42,542 bases of DNA from positions 1-42,542 of IMG/VR virus record IMGVR_UViG_3300045988_144595; one strand, given 5' to 3'. The notes under the pieces are model-generated. The model worked only from the letters and a program-made list of their open reading frames with translations, did no database searches and was not told where the DNA came from. Position numbers and translations under genes: made by a program. Positions 8,166 through 17,213 of the stretch are shown in pieces. This stretch comes from a virus. How positions within the stretch are numbered: the stretch's first letter is position 1; each line of letters begins with the position of its first letter.

Positions 8166-8794
8166 TCTTGCGAGTGGTCGACATAGACGCGAACACAGGA
8201 CAGATGCCGGGCATACCGGCCAATCCGCGCGAAATGGCGGAAATTGACTTTGAAACGCTAAAAACATCGATGCAACGAGATGCGGAGTATACAAAAATCA
8301 ACGAACTGATTGTATATCCGCACCAAGGCCGCTGGGTAGCGATATCGGGTAATATGCGCCTGCGTGCAGCCATTGCGTTAGGATGGGAAACAATCACAGC
8401 GAAAAAAATCCCCGAAGATACGCCGCCGGCAGTCGTTGCGAAATATATACTACTGGGCAACGCCAGCTTTGGGCAATGGGATTTCAACGCTTTGGTCGAT
8501 AAATGGTCGGCAGTAGACCTTGAGGCAACCAATATTACCGTGCCGTCCGATTTTGAGCAGCCGTCACCCGAAGACTTCGGGGACGATTTCTCGTTGCCCG
8601 AGGGCGAACAAACGAGAGAACGCACAATGACATTCACGCTCAGCGCGGAGCAATCCGACTATATCGACCGCATAATCGAGCAAGTCAAAAGCGCAGGCAT
8701 ACCAACTGGCGAATGCTTCGGCAATTCCGATGACGAAGCAAATATTATTTATGCAATTTCAAAACAATGGGACGAGCAAAAGAAATCATCATAA
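8129..8794 (+). CDS. ParB-like nuclease-domain protein 2 (tandem paralog).
   Basis: ELIVYPHQGRWVAISGNMRLRAAIALGWETITAKKIP. Collinear similarity to protein 1 (GNASFG(K/Q)WDF). Start chosen at MGKKLQQ. Confidence 0.8.
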   Translation: MGKKLQQPVESIVLRVVDIDANTGQMPGIPANPREMAEIDFETLKTSMQRDAEYTKINELIVYPHQGRWVAISGNMRLRAAIALGWETITAKKIPEDTPPAVVAKYILLGNASFGQWDFNALVDKWSAVDLEATNITVPSDFEQPSPEDFGDDFSLPEGEQTRERTMTFTLSAEQSDYIDRIIEQVKSAGIPTGECFGNSDDEANIIYAISKQWDEQKKSS

Positions 8795-9578
8795 AGGTCA
8801 TACCGGCGAGAATAGCCAATGCCTTTGTGCGAGCACATCATTACTCCGGGAAAGTCGTCAACAACAGCAGCCTTCACTTCGGTGCTTTTCTTGACGGACG
8901 ACTTCATGGCGTTCTCCAATACGAGCCAAGTATGGACAAGAGCAAAGTGCTGCCGCTCGTTGAGGGGACGGGCTGGAACGAAGCCCTCGAGCTGAACCGC
9001 ATGGCGTTCGACGATTATTTGCCAAGAAATTCAGAGTCCTTTTGCATCGGCAAAACGCTTCGCATGATTAAAAAGCAAGCGCCACACATCAAATGGGTAA
9101 TCTCGTTTGCAGACGGTGCGCAGTGCGGAGACGGCACGATATATCGCGCCTCAAATTTTGTACTTACCGGCATAAAGCCGAACAAGGCAATATATCATTC
9201 CCAAGCGGTGACCGTATCGCGAGCATGACAATAACGGCGAACTACGACAATCCTGCGATGCGCAGACAGTCGGCGTTTTTAGGCATACCGCACAAATATA
9301 GAGCTGTTGGCGAATGGATAAAACTCGGAGCAAAGCCGATACCCGGCTTCCAGTTGAGGTATATCTATTTTCTCGACAAGCGCTGCCGAGAAAAGTTGAC
9401 CGTGCCAATACTGCCGTTTTCAGAAATAGATCGAATGAATGCCGGCATGTACAAAGGAGAGAACATCGCCCAGGCAGAACGTCACGCAATTTTGACCGAT
9501 GGGCAGAAGCCAAGGCATAAAGACGCCGACAAGACAAACACCGAGCCGAACGAAGAAATCACCGAAAATGGCAAATGA
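8767..9578 (+). pseudogene. Mom-like (GNAT-fold DNA adenine-modification family) gene split by a frameshift at the (AT)3 tract 9190-9195. Part 1 is 8767..9228; part 2 continues in the -1 frame to 9578.
   Basis: N-terminal part: ANAFVRAHHYSGK...MAFDDYLPRNSESF...GTIYRASNFVLTG. Deleting one AT from ATATAT gives the continuous reading ...KPNKAISFPSGDRIASMTITANY.... Family call made from remembered motifs. Confidence 0.55.
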
Positions 9579-10029
9579 AAAAAACCTTGTCGCGCCGTGG
9601 AAGCCGGGACAGTCCGGCAATCCGAAAGGACGACCGAAAAACCGCGTAACCAACGAATGGCTCGTGGCGTGCTTCGGGCGCAAAGCCGCTCGCGCCATCA
9701 AGGCCTTGCGCCGCGAGGAAATCAACACGTGGGAACAGATTTTACTTGTTGCCAGCGCCGAGCAATTGACGGTCATCGCCAAATGGGCGGAGACACCGGC
9801 ATACGCGAAAAACCTCGCAATGGCGCTCCTTTACGACATCAAGGAGGGACGCACATCAACCATCGACCGCCTGCGCGAACGTCAGTACGGAAAGACTGCC
9901 GACCGGCTCGAAGTTACCGGCGCCGGTGGCGCACCGCTGATGCCGCAGCCGCTGACCATCGAAGTCATCGACAGCCGCGAGCAGGTGGAACAGACCGAAA
10001 CAGACAACGAAACCGAAACCGATGCCTAA
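9568..10029 (+). CDS. terS: Terminase small subunit (candidate).
   Basis: WKPGQSGNPKGRPKN N-terminal motif, common in phage small terminases. Immediately upstream of and overlapping terL. Confidence 0.6.
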   Translation: MANEKNLVAPWKPGQSGNPKGRPKNRVTNEWLVACFGRKAARAIKALRREEINTWEQILLVASAEQLTVIAKWAETPAYAKNLAMALLYDIKEGRTSTIDRLRERQYGKTADRLEVTGAGGAPLMPQPLTIEVIDSREQVEQTETDNETETDA

Positions 10030-11209
10030 AATACAGACAACGCGCATATTCCGCGACATCGAACAGGCCGTGGCGCAAGGGTATACAACCATTTCGCTGC
10101 AAGGCTCGGCGCGTTCGTCCAAGACATACAACGTCCTTATTTGGCTTATAGTCTATTGCCTAAGCCATCCGAATACACGCCTGAGTATCGTCCGCGCGAC
10201 TTTGCCGGCAATTAAAGGCTCGGTATTGGTGGACTTCAAGGAGATACTGCAGCGCATGGGCATATACAATGAACGGAGCCTCAATAAAAGTGAACTGATA
10301 TACACCTTTGCCAATGGCAGCTGGGCGGAGTTTTTCAGTACCGACAGCGAGCAGAAGCTGCGCGGACGCAAGCGCGACATCCTCTTTGTAAATGAGGCCA
10401 ACGAACTCGGCTTCATCGAATGGCAGCAGCTCAAGATGCGAACCACGCGGCTCAGTATTATCGATTACAATCCATCGTTCAGCGACGAGCACTGGATATG
10501 CGAAACCGTCAACCAAGACCCTCGCACGTTTCACAGCGTGACGACATACCTCGATAATCCATTCCTCGAACAGACCGTCATCGACGAAATCGAAAGCCTC
10601 CGCGAAAAGAACCAATCTCTTTGGCAGGTATACGGCCTCGGACAGCAGGCAGTCATCGAGGGGCTCGTTTTTAAGCATTTCGGCATTTGCGAGACAATAC
10701 CACCGCATGTCCGCCACCGCTTTATCGGCATGGACTTCGGCTTTACAAATGACCCAACCGCGATATGTGAGGTGGCGCTGGACGGAGACGCGCTTTATAT
10801 TGACGAAATCGCATACCGCACGCAGATGCTCTCGTCCGACATCATCACGACCCTGCGCGAGGCCGCGCCGAAAATGCGCATCATCTCCGAAAGCGCCGAC
10901 CCTCGGCTCATCCAAGAGATATATCGCGCCGGCATAGACATCCATCCGGTGAAAAAATTCCCCGGCAGCATAGAAGCCGGACTCTCCAAGATGCAGGAGT
11001 ACCGCATCATCATCACCAAGCGCAGCACCAACGTAGCGAAAGAGCTGCGCAACTACACATATCGACAAGACAAAGATGGCCGCTGGCTGAACGTTGCTAT
11101 CGACTGCTACAACCACGCGATAGATGCGGTGCGTTATGTGGTCATGGAGCAATTTATGGCCGGGCAGCGCCGCAAGATTGACCTCGGACGCCTCCAGCGC
11201 CTTGTATAA
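10022..11209 (+). CDS. terL: Terminase large subunit (PBSX/Terminase_3-like).
   Basis: Walker A GSARSSKT, Walker B ILFVNEANE, nuclease-domain acidic residues MDFGFTNDPTA. Confidence 0.9.
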   Translation: MPKIQTTRIFRDIEQAVAQGYTTISLQGSARSSKTYNVLIWLIVYCLSHPNTRLSIVRATLPAIKGSVLVDFKEILQRMGIYNERSLNKSELIYTFANGSWAEFFSTDSEQKLRGRKRDILFVNEANELGFIEWQQLKMRTTRLSIIDYNPSFSDEHWICETVNQDPRTFHSVTTYLDNPFLEQTVIDEIESLREKNQSLWQVYGLGQQAVIEGLVFKHFGICETIPPHVRHRFIGMDFGFTNDPTAICEVALDGDALYIDEIAYRTQMLSSDIITTLREAAPKMRIISESADPRLIQEIYRAGIDIHPVKKFPGSIEAGLSKMQEYRIIITKRSTNVAKELRNYTYRQDKDGRWLNVAIDCYNHAIDAVRYVVMEQFMAGQRRKIDLGRLQRLV

Positions 11210-11231
11210 CCTCACAAAACAGACATCAGAA

Positions 11232-12623
11232 ATGCCGACAATCAACGAAATCCTCGGCGGAGACCTCGCCGAAAAAGAGCGCATCGAAGCGCTACAACAA
11301 AAGACTTTGAACGTACCGGTTTGGGGTGGCCGACACGGCCTCCAAATGCAGTATGACCCCACCCTGCATCCGGTCATGGACAAATGCCGATACCCGGACA
11401 TCGTGCGAGACGGAGGCATCGAGTTCGTAACGCGCATAACTCTCGATTTTCAGCGCCTCGCCGCCAAGCGAATGAGCGAACTCGTTTGCGGCATCCCGAT
11501 AAAAAGAGTGTACAAGCCGGAGAACGATACGCAAAAGTTGATAGCTCAATACCTCGAGCGCATTTTTGACCGCAACCGCATAAATAGCGTCAACACTGAC
11601 CGCTGCACGCGCTTATTTTCGCAGTGCGAGATTTTCACTCTTTGGTATGCGGTAGAGCAGCGCAATACGCTTTATGGCTTTGATAGCCCACTGAAATTGC
11701 GTTGCCGAACATTCTCACCCAAGGAGGGAGACGAGTTATATCCGTTTTTCGACGAGTACGGAGACATGGTGGCAATGAGCATCGGTTATCGCCGCAAGGT
11801 CGGATGTAAGGACGTTTCATTTTTCGATACATACACCGGTGACCGGCATATCAAATGGAGTGATAACGGCGCCGGATGGGCGGTCGTGGAGGACGAGCAG
11901 ACAACCCTGCTCAAGATACCCGGCATATACGCATACCGACCTACGCCGATATGGGAGGACACCAGCCGAAACGTTTACGAGATGGAGTGGGCGCTCAGCC
12001 GCAACGGCAATTATCTTCGCGAAAATTCCAAGCCGCGCTTTGTTGTGTACGCAGATGAAATTATTGACTACGGAAACGAAAAATCTGGCAACCACGAATT
12101 CAAAAGCGTCCTGCAATTTCCGCCCGGAGCAAAGGCGGAATATATCACATGGTCGCAGGCGACCGAAAGCCTCAAGTACCACATCGAGACACTGCGCAGC
12201 CTATTTTTTACGCAACTGCAGCTGCCCGATTGGAGCTATGAAAAGATGAGCCAGCAGGCTTTGTCGGGCGAAAGCCGCAAACAAATGTTTATCGATGCCG
12301 AGCTCAAGGTGCAGGACGAAAGCGGACGCCTCCTCGAGTTTTTCGACCGCGAAGTCAACGTGGTAAAAGCGTTCCTCAAGCTGATGCTCGGCGAGCGTTA
12401 CCACGCCGACATTGACGCGCTCGCGGTTGAGAGCGTCATCACGCCATACCGCATCGGCGACCGAAAGGAAGAAGTCGAAGTGCTTCTCACGGCCAACGGC
12501 AACAAGCCAATCATGTCGCAGCGCGAGAGCATCGCGCAGTATGGCCAAAGCGATGACGTAGACCGCACGCTCGCCGAGATATCCGAAGAAAGCAAGGCCG
12601 ACGCCTTCGAGCTCACCGAATAA
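11232..12623 (+). CDS. Portal protein.
   Basis: 463 aa directly after terL and before the MuF-like gene. Start set at MPTINEIL to avoid overlap with terL. Confidence 0.8.
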   Translation: MPTINEILGGDLAEKERIEALQQKTLNVPVWGGRHGLQMQYDPTLHPVMDKCRYPDIVRDGGIEFVTRITLDFQRLAAKRMSELVCGIPIKRVYKPENDTQKLIAQYLERIFDRNRINSVNTDRCTRLFSQCEIFTLWYAVEQRNTLYGFDSPLKLRCRTFSPKEGDELYPFFDEYGDMVAMSIGYRRKVGCKDVSFFDTYTGDRHIKWSDNGAGWAVVEDEQTTLLKIPGIYAYRPTPIWEDTSRNVYEMEWALSRNGNYLRENSKPRFVVYADEIIDYGNEKSGNHEFKSVLQFPPGAKAEYITWSQATESLKYHIETLRSLFFTQLQLPDWSYEKMSQQALSGESRKQMFIDAELKVQDESGRLLEFFDREVNVVKAFLKLMLGERYHADIDALAVESVITPYRIGDRKEEVEVLLTANGNKPIMSQRESIAQYGQSDDVDRTLAEISEESKADAFELTE

Positions 12624-12625
12624 CC

Positions 12626-12853
12626 ATGAGACGGAGACGCGAGGAACAGAACGACAGGCCGCAGTATCGCTGTCGCGATTGCGCACATTCGTACGATTGG
12701 AGTAATACTTCATTCCACGACGGCCTGCCGATACTTTGCCGCTGCCGCTTCGACAGCAGGAGCAAGCATGGGCTTTTTTGCAAGTTCTTAAACGACCGCC
12801 AGTGCGAGCATTTCACACTTCGCAGCGCCAATGCCGATGCCGCAATTAAATAA
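12626..12853 (+). CDS. Small Cys-rich (zinc-ribbon-like) protein.
   Basis: 75 aa with CRDC...CRC...C..H spacing. Confidence 0.4.
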   Translation: MRRRREEQNDRPQYRCRDCAHSYDWSNTSFHDGLPILCRCRFDSRSKHGLFCKFLNDRQCEHFTLRSANADAAIK

Positions 12854-14768
12854 CAATTACGACAAAAAGCACCTGCGCAACATCGCAGTGATATGCGCAC
12901 GCATCGACCGCATCTTTAACAAGGCTGCGGAAGAAGCTGCGCTTATCGGCGCGACCATTAAGGACGACCTCGGCGACAGAATTTTTTCTTTTCGCGATTA
13001 TCCGCAAACGCGCGAACAGGTTGAGGCACTGACCGAGGAGCTGCACGCTTCGCTCGAAACGACAATCGTTAATGGCATTGACGGTGCCTGGGCATTATCT
13101 AACGGAAAGAACGACGACCTCGTCCGCCGCGTTTTCGGGCGTAAGGCGGACGACCTGCCCGAAGCGCAGCGCCGCCGCTATTTTAATAACAACGCGCAGG
13201 CGCTCGAAGCATTCCTCGCACGCAAGACGCAAGGCCTCGGGCTTTCCGACCGCGTATGGCGATACACCGACGCCTTCAAGAACGAAATCGAACTGGGGCT
13301 CGACCTCGGCATCCGTTCGGGCAAAAGCGCCGCAGCCATGACGCGCGACCTGCGCCAATATTTGCAGCATCCCGATAAGCTATTCCGCCGAGTGCGAGAC
13401 GAACACGGCCTGCTCAAACTTTCCCAAGCAGCCAAAGACTTCCACCCGGGACGCGGAGTGTACCGCAGCTCGTATATGAACGCACGGCGCCTCGCCGCGA
13501 CCGAAACCAATATCGCGTATCGCACCGCCGACCACCTGCGCTGGCAAAAAATGGATTTCGTTGTCGGCATCGAAATCGTGCTGAGCAACAACCACACCAT
13601 CCGCCTCCAACCGGGCGAAAAGACCTCGGACTTGCCGGGGCAAATGCGAGCAGACGGAACGCCCAAGGCCAACGCGGTGCGCACGCTCACGGACATCTGC
13701 GACACACTCGCAGGACGATACCCAAAGGACTTCAAGTTTACGGGCTGGCATCCGCATTGCCGCTGCCGCGCCGTCACCATCCTCAAAACTGAGGAGGAGA
13801 TGGCACGCGACACCAAGCGCATCCTTGACGGCAGGCAGCCGTCGGCGGACAGCGCCAACGCCGTCACCGATACGCCCGAAGCATTCAAGGGCTGGGTGGA
13901 GAATAACCGCGACCGCATCGCCAACGGCCACTCGCTGCCGTACTTCATTCGCGACAATGCCAATTATACCGGCATCACCGCCAAGCAGGCACGCACATCA
14001 TCGACAACGCTCGACATCGCCGCCGAGCGCCACGCCAAGCGCACCGCCAAAAACGTATCGAGCATGCCAACAACACTTGATGACTTACGGGAAGAATATA
14101 GCGTTGCGTTTCGGGATGCAAATGAATCAGAATTTTATAACGGAGCAGCCGCCAAACTTGATTATCTTTCTGTAAAGCGTCAAGTAAACGAAGCTTTGTC
14201 TGATGTCGGCATTACAGATATGGAAACGCCAAGATTATACATTGAAGGGAATGGCCATTTTTCCATTTCTTTCCAAGGCTACCTCAGAAGGGATGATTTT
14301 CTTTTAAGACGCGATTTTTACGACCGGGGAAATGATGGAATTATGGTCGAGCATTCTCTCTTTGAACTTCCGTCTCACGCACAAGGGAAGGGAGTTTCAA
14401 AAAAGATATTAGGCATTTTTTTTGAGCAATACAAACGCATGGGCGTAGTCGAAATAAGAGTGTGTGCGAATATAGATGTGGGAGGATATACGTGGGCTCG
14501 ATACGGCTTCTGTGCGTATGATAAAAGGGAGGCGCTACAGGCAATCCGAAAGAAAGCGCTGACTGCGGAGGAATTCCAAGAAGCTCGCTCCATTGTAGAT
14601 GGTTACTATAAAAAAACCGGCTTATCAAAAAAAGAGCCATTCCCGATGTATCTAATCGCAGATAAGCCGTGGGGGAAAAAGGCACTTCTCAATTCAAGCT
14701 GGCAGGGAGTATTGAGCCTCAAAAATCCTGCGCATGTTGCACGATTTGAAAAGTATTTAAGGAGTTGA
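12831..14768 (+). CDS. MuF/SPP1-gp7-like head morphogenesis protein fused to a C-terminal GNAT acetyltransferase-like domain.
   Basis: MuF core: ATETNIAYRTADH...FTGWHPHCRCRAVTILK. C-terminus: LFELPSHAQGKGVSKKILGIFFEQYKRMGVVEIRVCANIDVGGYTWARYGF aligns with GNAT motif A and the beta5-alpha4 region. Confidence 0.85.
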   Translation: MPMPQLNNNYDKKHLRNIAVICARIDRIFNKAAEEAALIGATIKDDLGDRIFSFRDYPQTREQVEALTEELHASLETTIVNGIDGAWALSNGKNDDLVRRVFGRKADDLPEAQRRRYFNNNAQALEAFLARKTQGLGLSDRVWRYTDAFKNEIELGLDLGIRSGKSAAAMTRDLRQYLQHPDKLFRRVRDEHGLLKLSQAAKDFHPGRGVYRSSYMNARRLAATETNIAYRTADHLRWQKMDFVVGIEIVLSNNHTIRLQPGEKTSDLPGQMRADGTPKANAVRTLTDICDTLAGRYPKDFKFTGWHPHCRCRAVTILKTEEEMARDTKRILDGRQPSADSANAVTDTPEAFKGWVENNRDRIANGHSLPYFIRDNANYTGITAKQARTSSTTLDIAAERHAKRTAKNVSSMPTTLDDLREEYSVAFRDANESEFYNGAAAKLDYLSVKRQVNEALSDVGITDMETPRLYIEGNGHFSISFQGYLRRDDFLLRRDFYDRGNDGIMVEHSLFELPSHAQGKGVSKKILGIFFEQYKRMGVVEIRVCANIDVGGYTWARYGFCAYDKREALQAIRKKALTAEEFQEARSIVDGYYKKTGLSKKEPFPMYLIADKPWGKKALLNSSWQGVLSLKNPAHVARFEKYLRS

Positions 14769-14963
14769 CGACATCACCCTATCGATATTATCGTCATATT
14801 CGCTCTCCGTGAGATTGTATTTTTGGAGACCTTCTGCCTTAGAAAGGCCGCCACTAATTGCGCCATACGCAGCCATGACACGGAAATCAAATTCCGACAT
14901 TTCACAACTCATCAATTCGTAGTGCATTTCGGCTGTTAGTTCTTCTTTTAGTTTATGTTCCAT
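14757..14963 (-). CDS. Hypothetical 68-aa protein, convergent with and overlapping the MuF-GNAT stop by 12 nt. Candidate partner or immunity protein.
   Basis: ORF lies inside the same low-GC patch as the GNAT domain. Confidence 0.5.
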   Translation of the reverse strand: MEHKLKEELTAEMHYELMSCEMSEFDFRVMAAYGAISGGLSKAEGLQKYNLTESEYDDNIDRVMSSTP

Positions 14964-15021
14964 CTTATTAAAATATCGGGTTACGTAATCGCATTTTCAT
15001 CCTTTATTCTCTTATCGAGAT

Positions 15022-15053
15022 GCGACCGCGCCATGTAGAGCAGACGCGGTCGC
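15022..15053. terminator. Stem-loop GCGACCGCG-N14-CGCGGTCGC followed by a T-rich tract on the + strand.
   Basis: Perfect 9-bp stem. Downstream sequence is TTTCGCTTTTATTT. Sits just after the stop of the reverse gene 15062..15814. Confidence 0.5.
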
Positions 15054-15061
15054 TTTCGCTT

Positions 15062-15814
15062 TTATTTCGTCTCAGAAGCCGAGACTGCTTCAAGACGCAG
15101 ACCAAGCGCCTCGCAGATTTTGGCGACCGTGTCGATGGTCACGTTCATGCGTCCGTTTTCGATACGGCAGAGATGGCCGGCATCAAGACCGCAGCGGTCG
15201 GCGAGGTCGCGAACCGAAAGCCCTGCGGCGTTGCGAGCTTGAGCAATGGCCAGGCCTACGGCCTTGCGAGTAGTGCGCCCGATAGCGGTCGACCAAGTCG
15301 AGCAGCCGGGCTTCCGAGTATAGGTCTCAGACTTGATGACCTTACCGGCGGCATCGGTCAGCGTCATAGACGCGCCTTTGCCCTCCTTGATTTCGGCATC
15401 GGTAAAGGGGTGAGCAGGGATGCAGTAGTCCTCACAATAGTAATCAGTGCCATACACCGCCTCAGCGCCAAGCACGAACTCCTTCGTGTACACATTGGTG
15501 GTTTTTTCCGCTTCCGAAAGCAGCGCACCGGCATCCAGTTCGCCATCGATATCCTCGGGGTTGTAGTCGCAACGGGCGACCGATACCCACACTTTGAGGA
15601 AATCGTCCTCATCCTCATAATTGCAGAAGCAGTCACGGCAGTTGTTGACGTTGTAGGCTTCCAACGCCTTGAGCGCTTCGGCTTCAGTCTCGTAGACTTC
15701 GGCCGGGTAATTGATTTCGTAATAGTGGCCGTTGTAGGTGGCAGCATCAATGTCGATAACGTATGCAGTTTTCATATTGGTAGCCTGCTGTTTGGGTGTC
15801 ATGTTGTTTGTCAT
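15062..15814 (-). CDS. Two-domain protein: unknown N-terminal domain plus C-terminal XRE-type HTH.
   Basis: C-terminus is AQARNAAGLSVRDLADRCGLDAGHLCRIENGRMNVTIDTVAKICEALGL. An alternative start is MKTAYV at 15775. Confidence 0.7.
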   Translation of the reverse strand: MTNNMTPKQQATNMKTAYVIDIDAATYNGHYYEINYPAEVYETEAEALKALEAYNVNNCRDCFCNYEDEDDFLKVWVSVARCDYNPEDIDGELDAGALLSEAEKTTNVYTKEFVLGAEAVYGTDYYCEDYCIPAHPFTDAEIKEGKGASMTLTDAAGKVIKSETYTRKPGCSTWSTAIGRTTRKAVGLAIAQARNAAGLSVRDLADRCGLDAGHLCRIENGRMNVTIDTVAKICEALGLRLEAVSASETK

Positions 15815-15867
15815 ATCGCTTTAGGTGTTTAGTGCAGGGCTGGGCGTGCCAGCCCTGCTGTGGTTAT

Positions 15868-16317
15868 TTAATAAATTACAAGCTCGTCCAATCCGCATTT
15901 GTGCGCAGTGTAAACTGCTTTGCCCCAACGCGGCTGGCTATACAAACCAATAAAGAACCATTTGAATGTCTCTGCCGTTTCGCCCAGCTGGTATGCCAGC
16001 TGGCGGCTTATACCTGTAAGGCTGTGGGCTTCGCCGTAAAGCTCGCCAGCTCCAAACTTGCCATGCTGTATGCGCTTTGCGATGTAAAGCACAGCTGCTG
16101 TGGCGGCTGCATCAAGGTCAGCAGCCCAAGCTCCGCGAAACTCGCGAGGCAGGCTACTGAACAGGGCGCAATGTGTTGCACTGATTGTGTCGTAGCCATT
16201 GCGCTGCTCATCGTTTATCTCCTGTGCATAGCTGTTAAGCTCGTCCTGTTCGGCCTCGCTAAGGTTGTAGGCTTTAACTATGGCCTTAATGTCTGTTTTG
16301 GTAAGTATCTTTTTCAT
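15868..16317 (-). CDS. Hypothetical protein (first gene of the reverse-strand island).
   Basis: 149 aa from MKKILTK. No recognisable motif. Confidence 0.55.
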   Translation of the reverse strand: MKKILTKTDIKAIVKAYNLSEAEQDELNSYAQEINDEQRNGYDTISATHCALFSSLPREFRGAWAADLDAAATAAVLYIAKRIQHGKFGAGELYGEAHSLTGISRQLAYQLGETAETFKWFFIGLYSQPRWGKAVYTAHKCGLDELVIY

Positions 16318-16489
16318 TTCGTTTTCAGTTTTGGTGGCGCGTCTATGTTGCACGCCTTTGTTTACACTGCAAAGTTCGGAATTTTTTTTGATGTTGCAAA
16401 ATAATACAACAAAATAATTAGGCGTTTAACTTTATTTAACTATACAAGAAAGGTGTTTACCATATAACCATTTTCTCGGAAATAATTAC

Positions 16490-16497
16490 TATCTTTG
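16490..16497 (+). promoter_or_regulatory. Bacteroidota-type -7 box TATCTTTG upstream of the scaffold/capsid genes.
   Basis: Matches TAnnTTTG, 28 nt before the ATG at 16525. No clear -33 TTTG. Confidence 0.45.
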
Positions 16498-16524
16498 CGC
16501 AAACCTAAAATCAATTAAAACAGG

Positions 16525-17187
16525 ATGAAAAAGAAAATACTCGAAGCGCTGAAAACCAAATTCGAGGGGGTCAGCGAGACGATACTTGACAGGATAGCGA
16601 CGAAGCTCGCGAAAACTGCCTCAACAGAAGACCAAGTCGCAACCGCAGTGGAGGGGGTGACTTTGCAACAAGTAATCGAAAGCTATGGGGACAGCCGCGC
16701 GACAGAGGCGCAGCAGACCGCCGTCCGAAATTACGAGGCCAAACACAACCTCAAGGACGGAAAGCCGGAGAAAATCGACGGGGACGAGCCGAACAAAGGC
16801 AAAGCAACCGAACCGAGCGGAGCGGAGGACACTCCTGCGTGGGTAAAGACACTAACCGACCGCCTCGACCGCCTCGAGGCTTCCAGAACCGCAGAAAATC
16901 GAAAACAACAGCTCGGCAAAGTTATCGACCGGCTGCCCGAGAACCTACGAAAAGCCTATGAACGGCTGCCGCTTGACGGATATTCCGACGAGCAATTCAG
17001 CACCGTGCTGGGCGAAATCACGACCGAGGTGGAGGGCATAGCCGGAGAGACCGCAGCCAAAGGCGGAGTTTTCGGAAAGCCGTCAGTCGCCAATGGGAAC
17101 AACAACCAGCAGGCGCTGACGGAAGCGCAGCTCAAAGCAATCTCGCATCGAGAGGGTGTGCCTGCGCAAGGGGAAAATCCTTTTTAG
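16525..17187 (+). CDS. Scaffolding protein (candidate).
   Basis: 220 aa, charged and helical, positioned before the capsid gene. Confidence 0.6.
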   Translation: MKKKILEALKTKFEGVSETILDRIATKLAKTASTEDQVATAVEGVTLQQVIESYGDSRATEAQQTAVRNYEAKHNLKDGKPEKIDGDEPNKGKATEPSGAEDTPAWVKTLTDRLDRLEASRTAENRKQQLGKVIDRLPENLRKAYERLPLDGYSDEQFSTVLGEITTEVEGIAGETAAKGGVFGKPSVANGNNNQQALTEAQLKAISHREGVPAQGENPF

Positions 17188-17213
17188 TTTAACACAAAAA
17201 AATCAAGACCAAA

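Noticed and set aside
9163-9169. A_AAT_TTT heptamer inside the Mom-like gene as a programmed -1 frameshift site.
   Set aside because: The conserved family motif IYRASNFVLTG continues in the zero frame past this site, so the frame change must occur later. The (AT)3 indel at 9190-9195 explains it better.
10160-11437. 425-aa reverse ORF opposite terL, and similar long reverse or alternate ORFs: 13178..13963 -, 15020..15832 +, 22632..23378 -, 23727..24407 -, 25749..26564 -, 36298..36903 -.
   Set aside because: Each overlaps a gene with clear family motifs on the other strand or frame. Their compositions (Ser/Ala/Arg-rich) are typical of GC-rich shadow frames.
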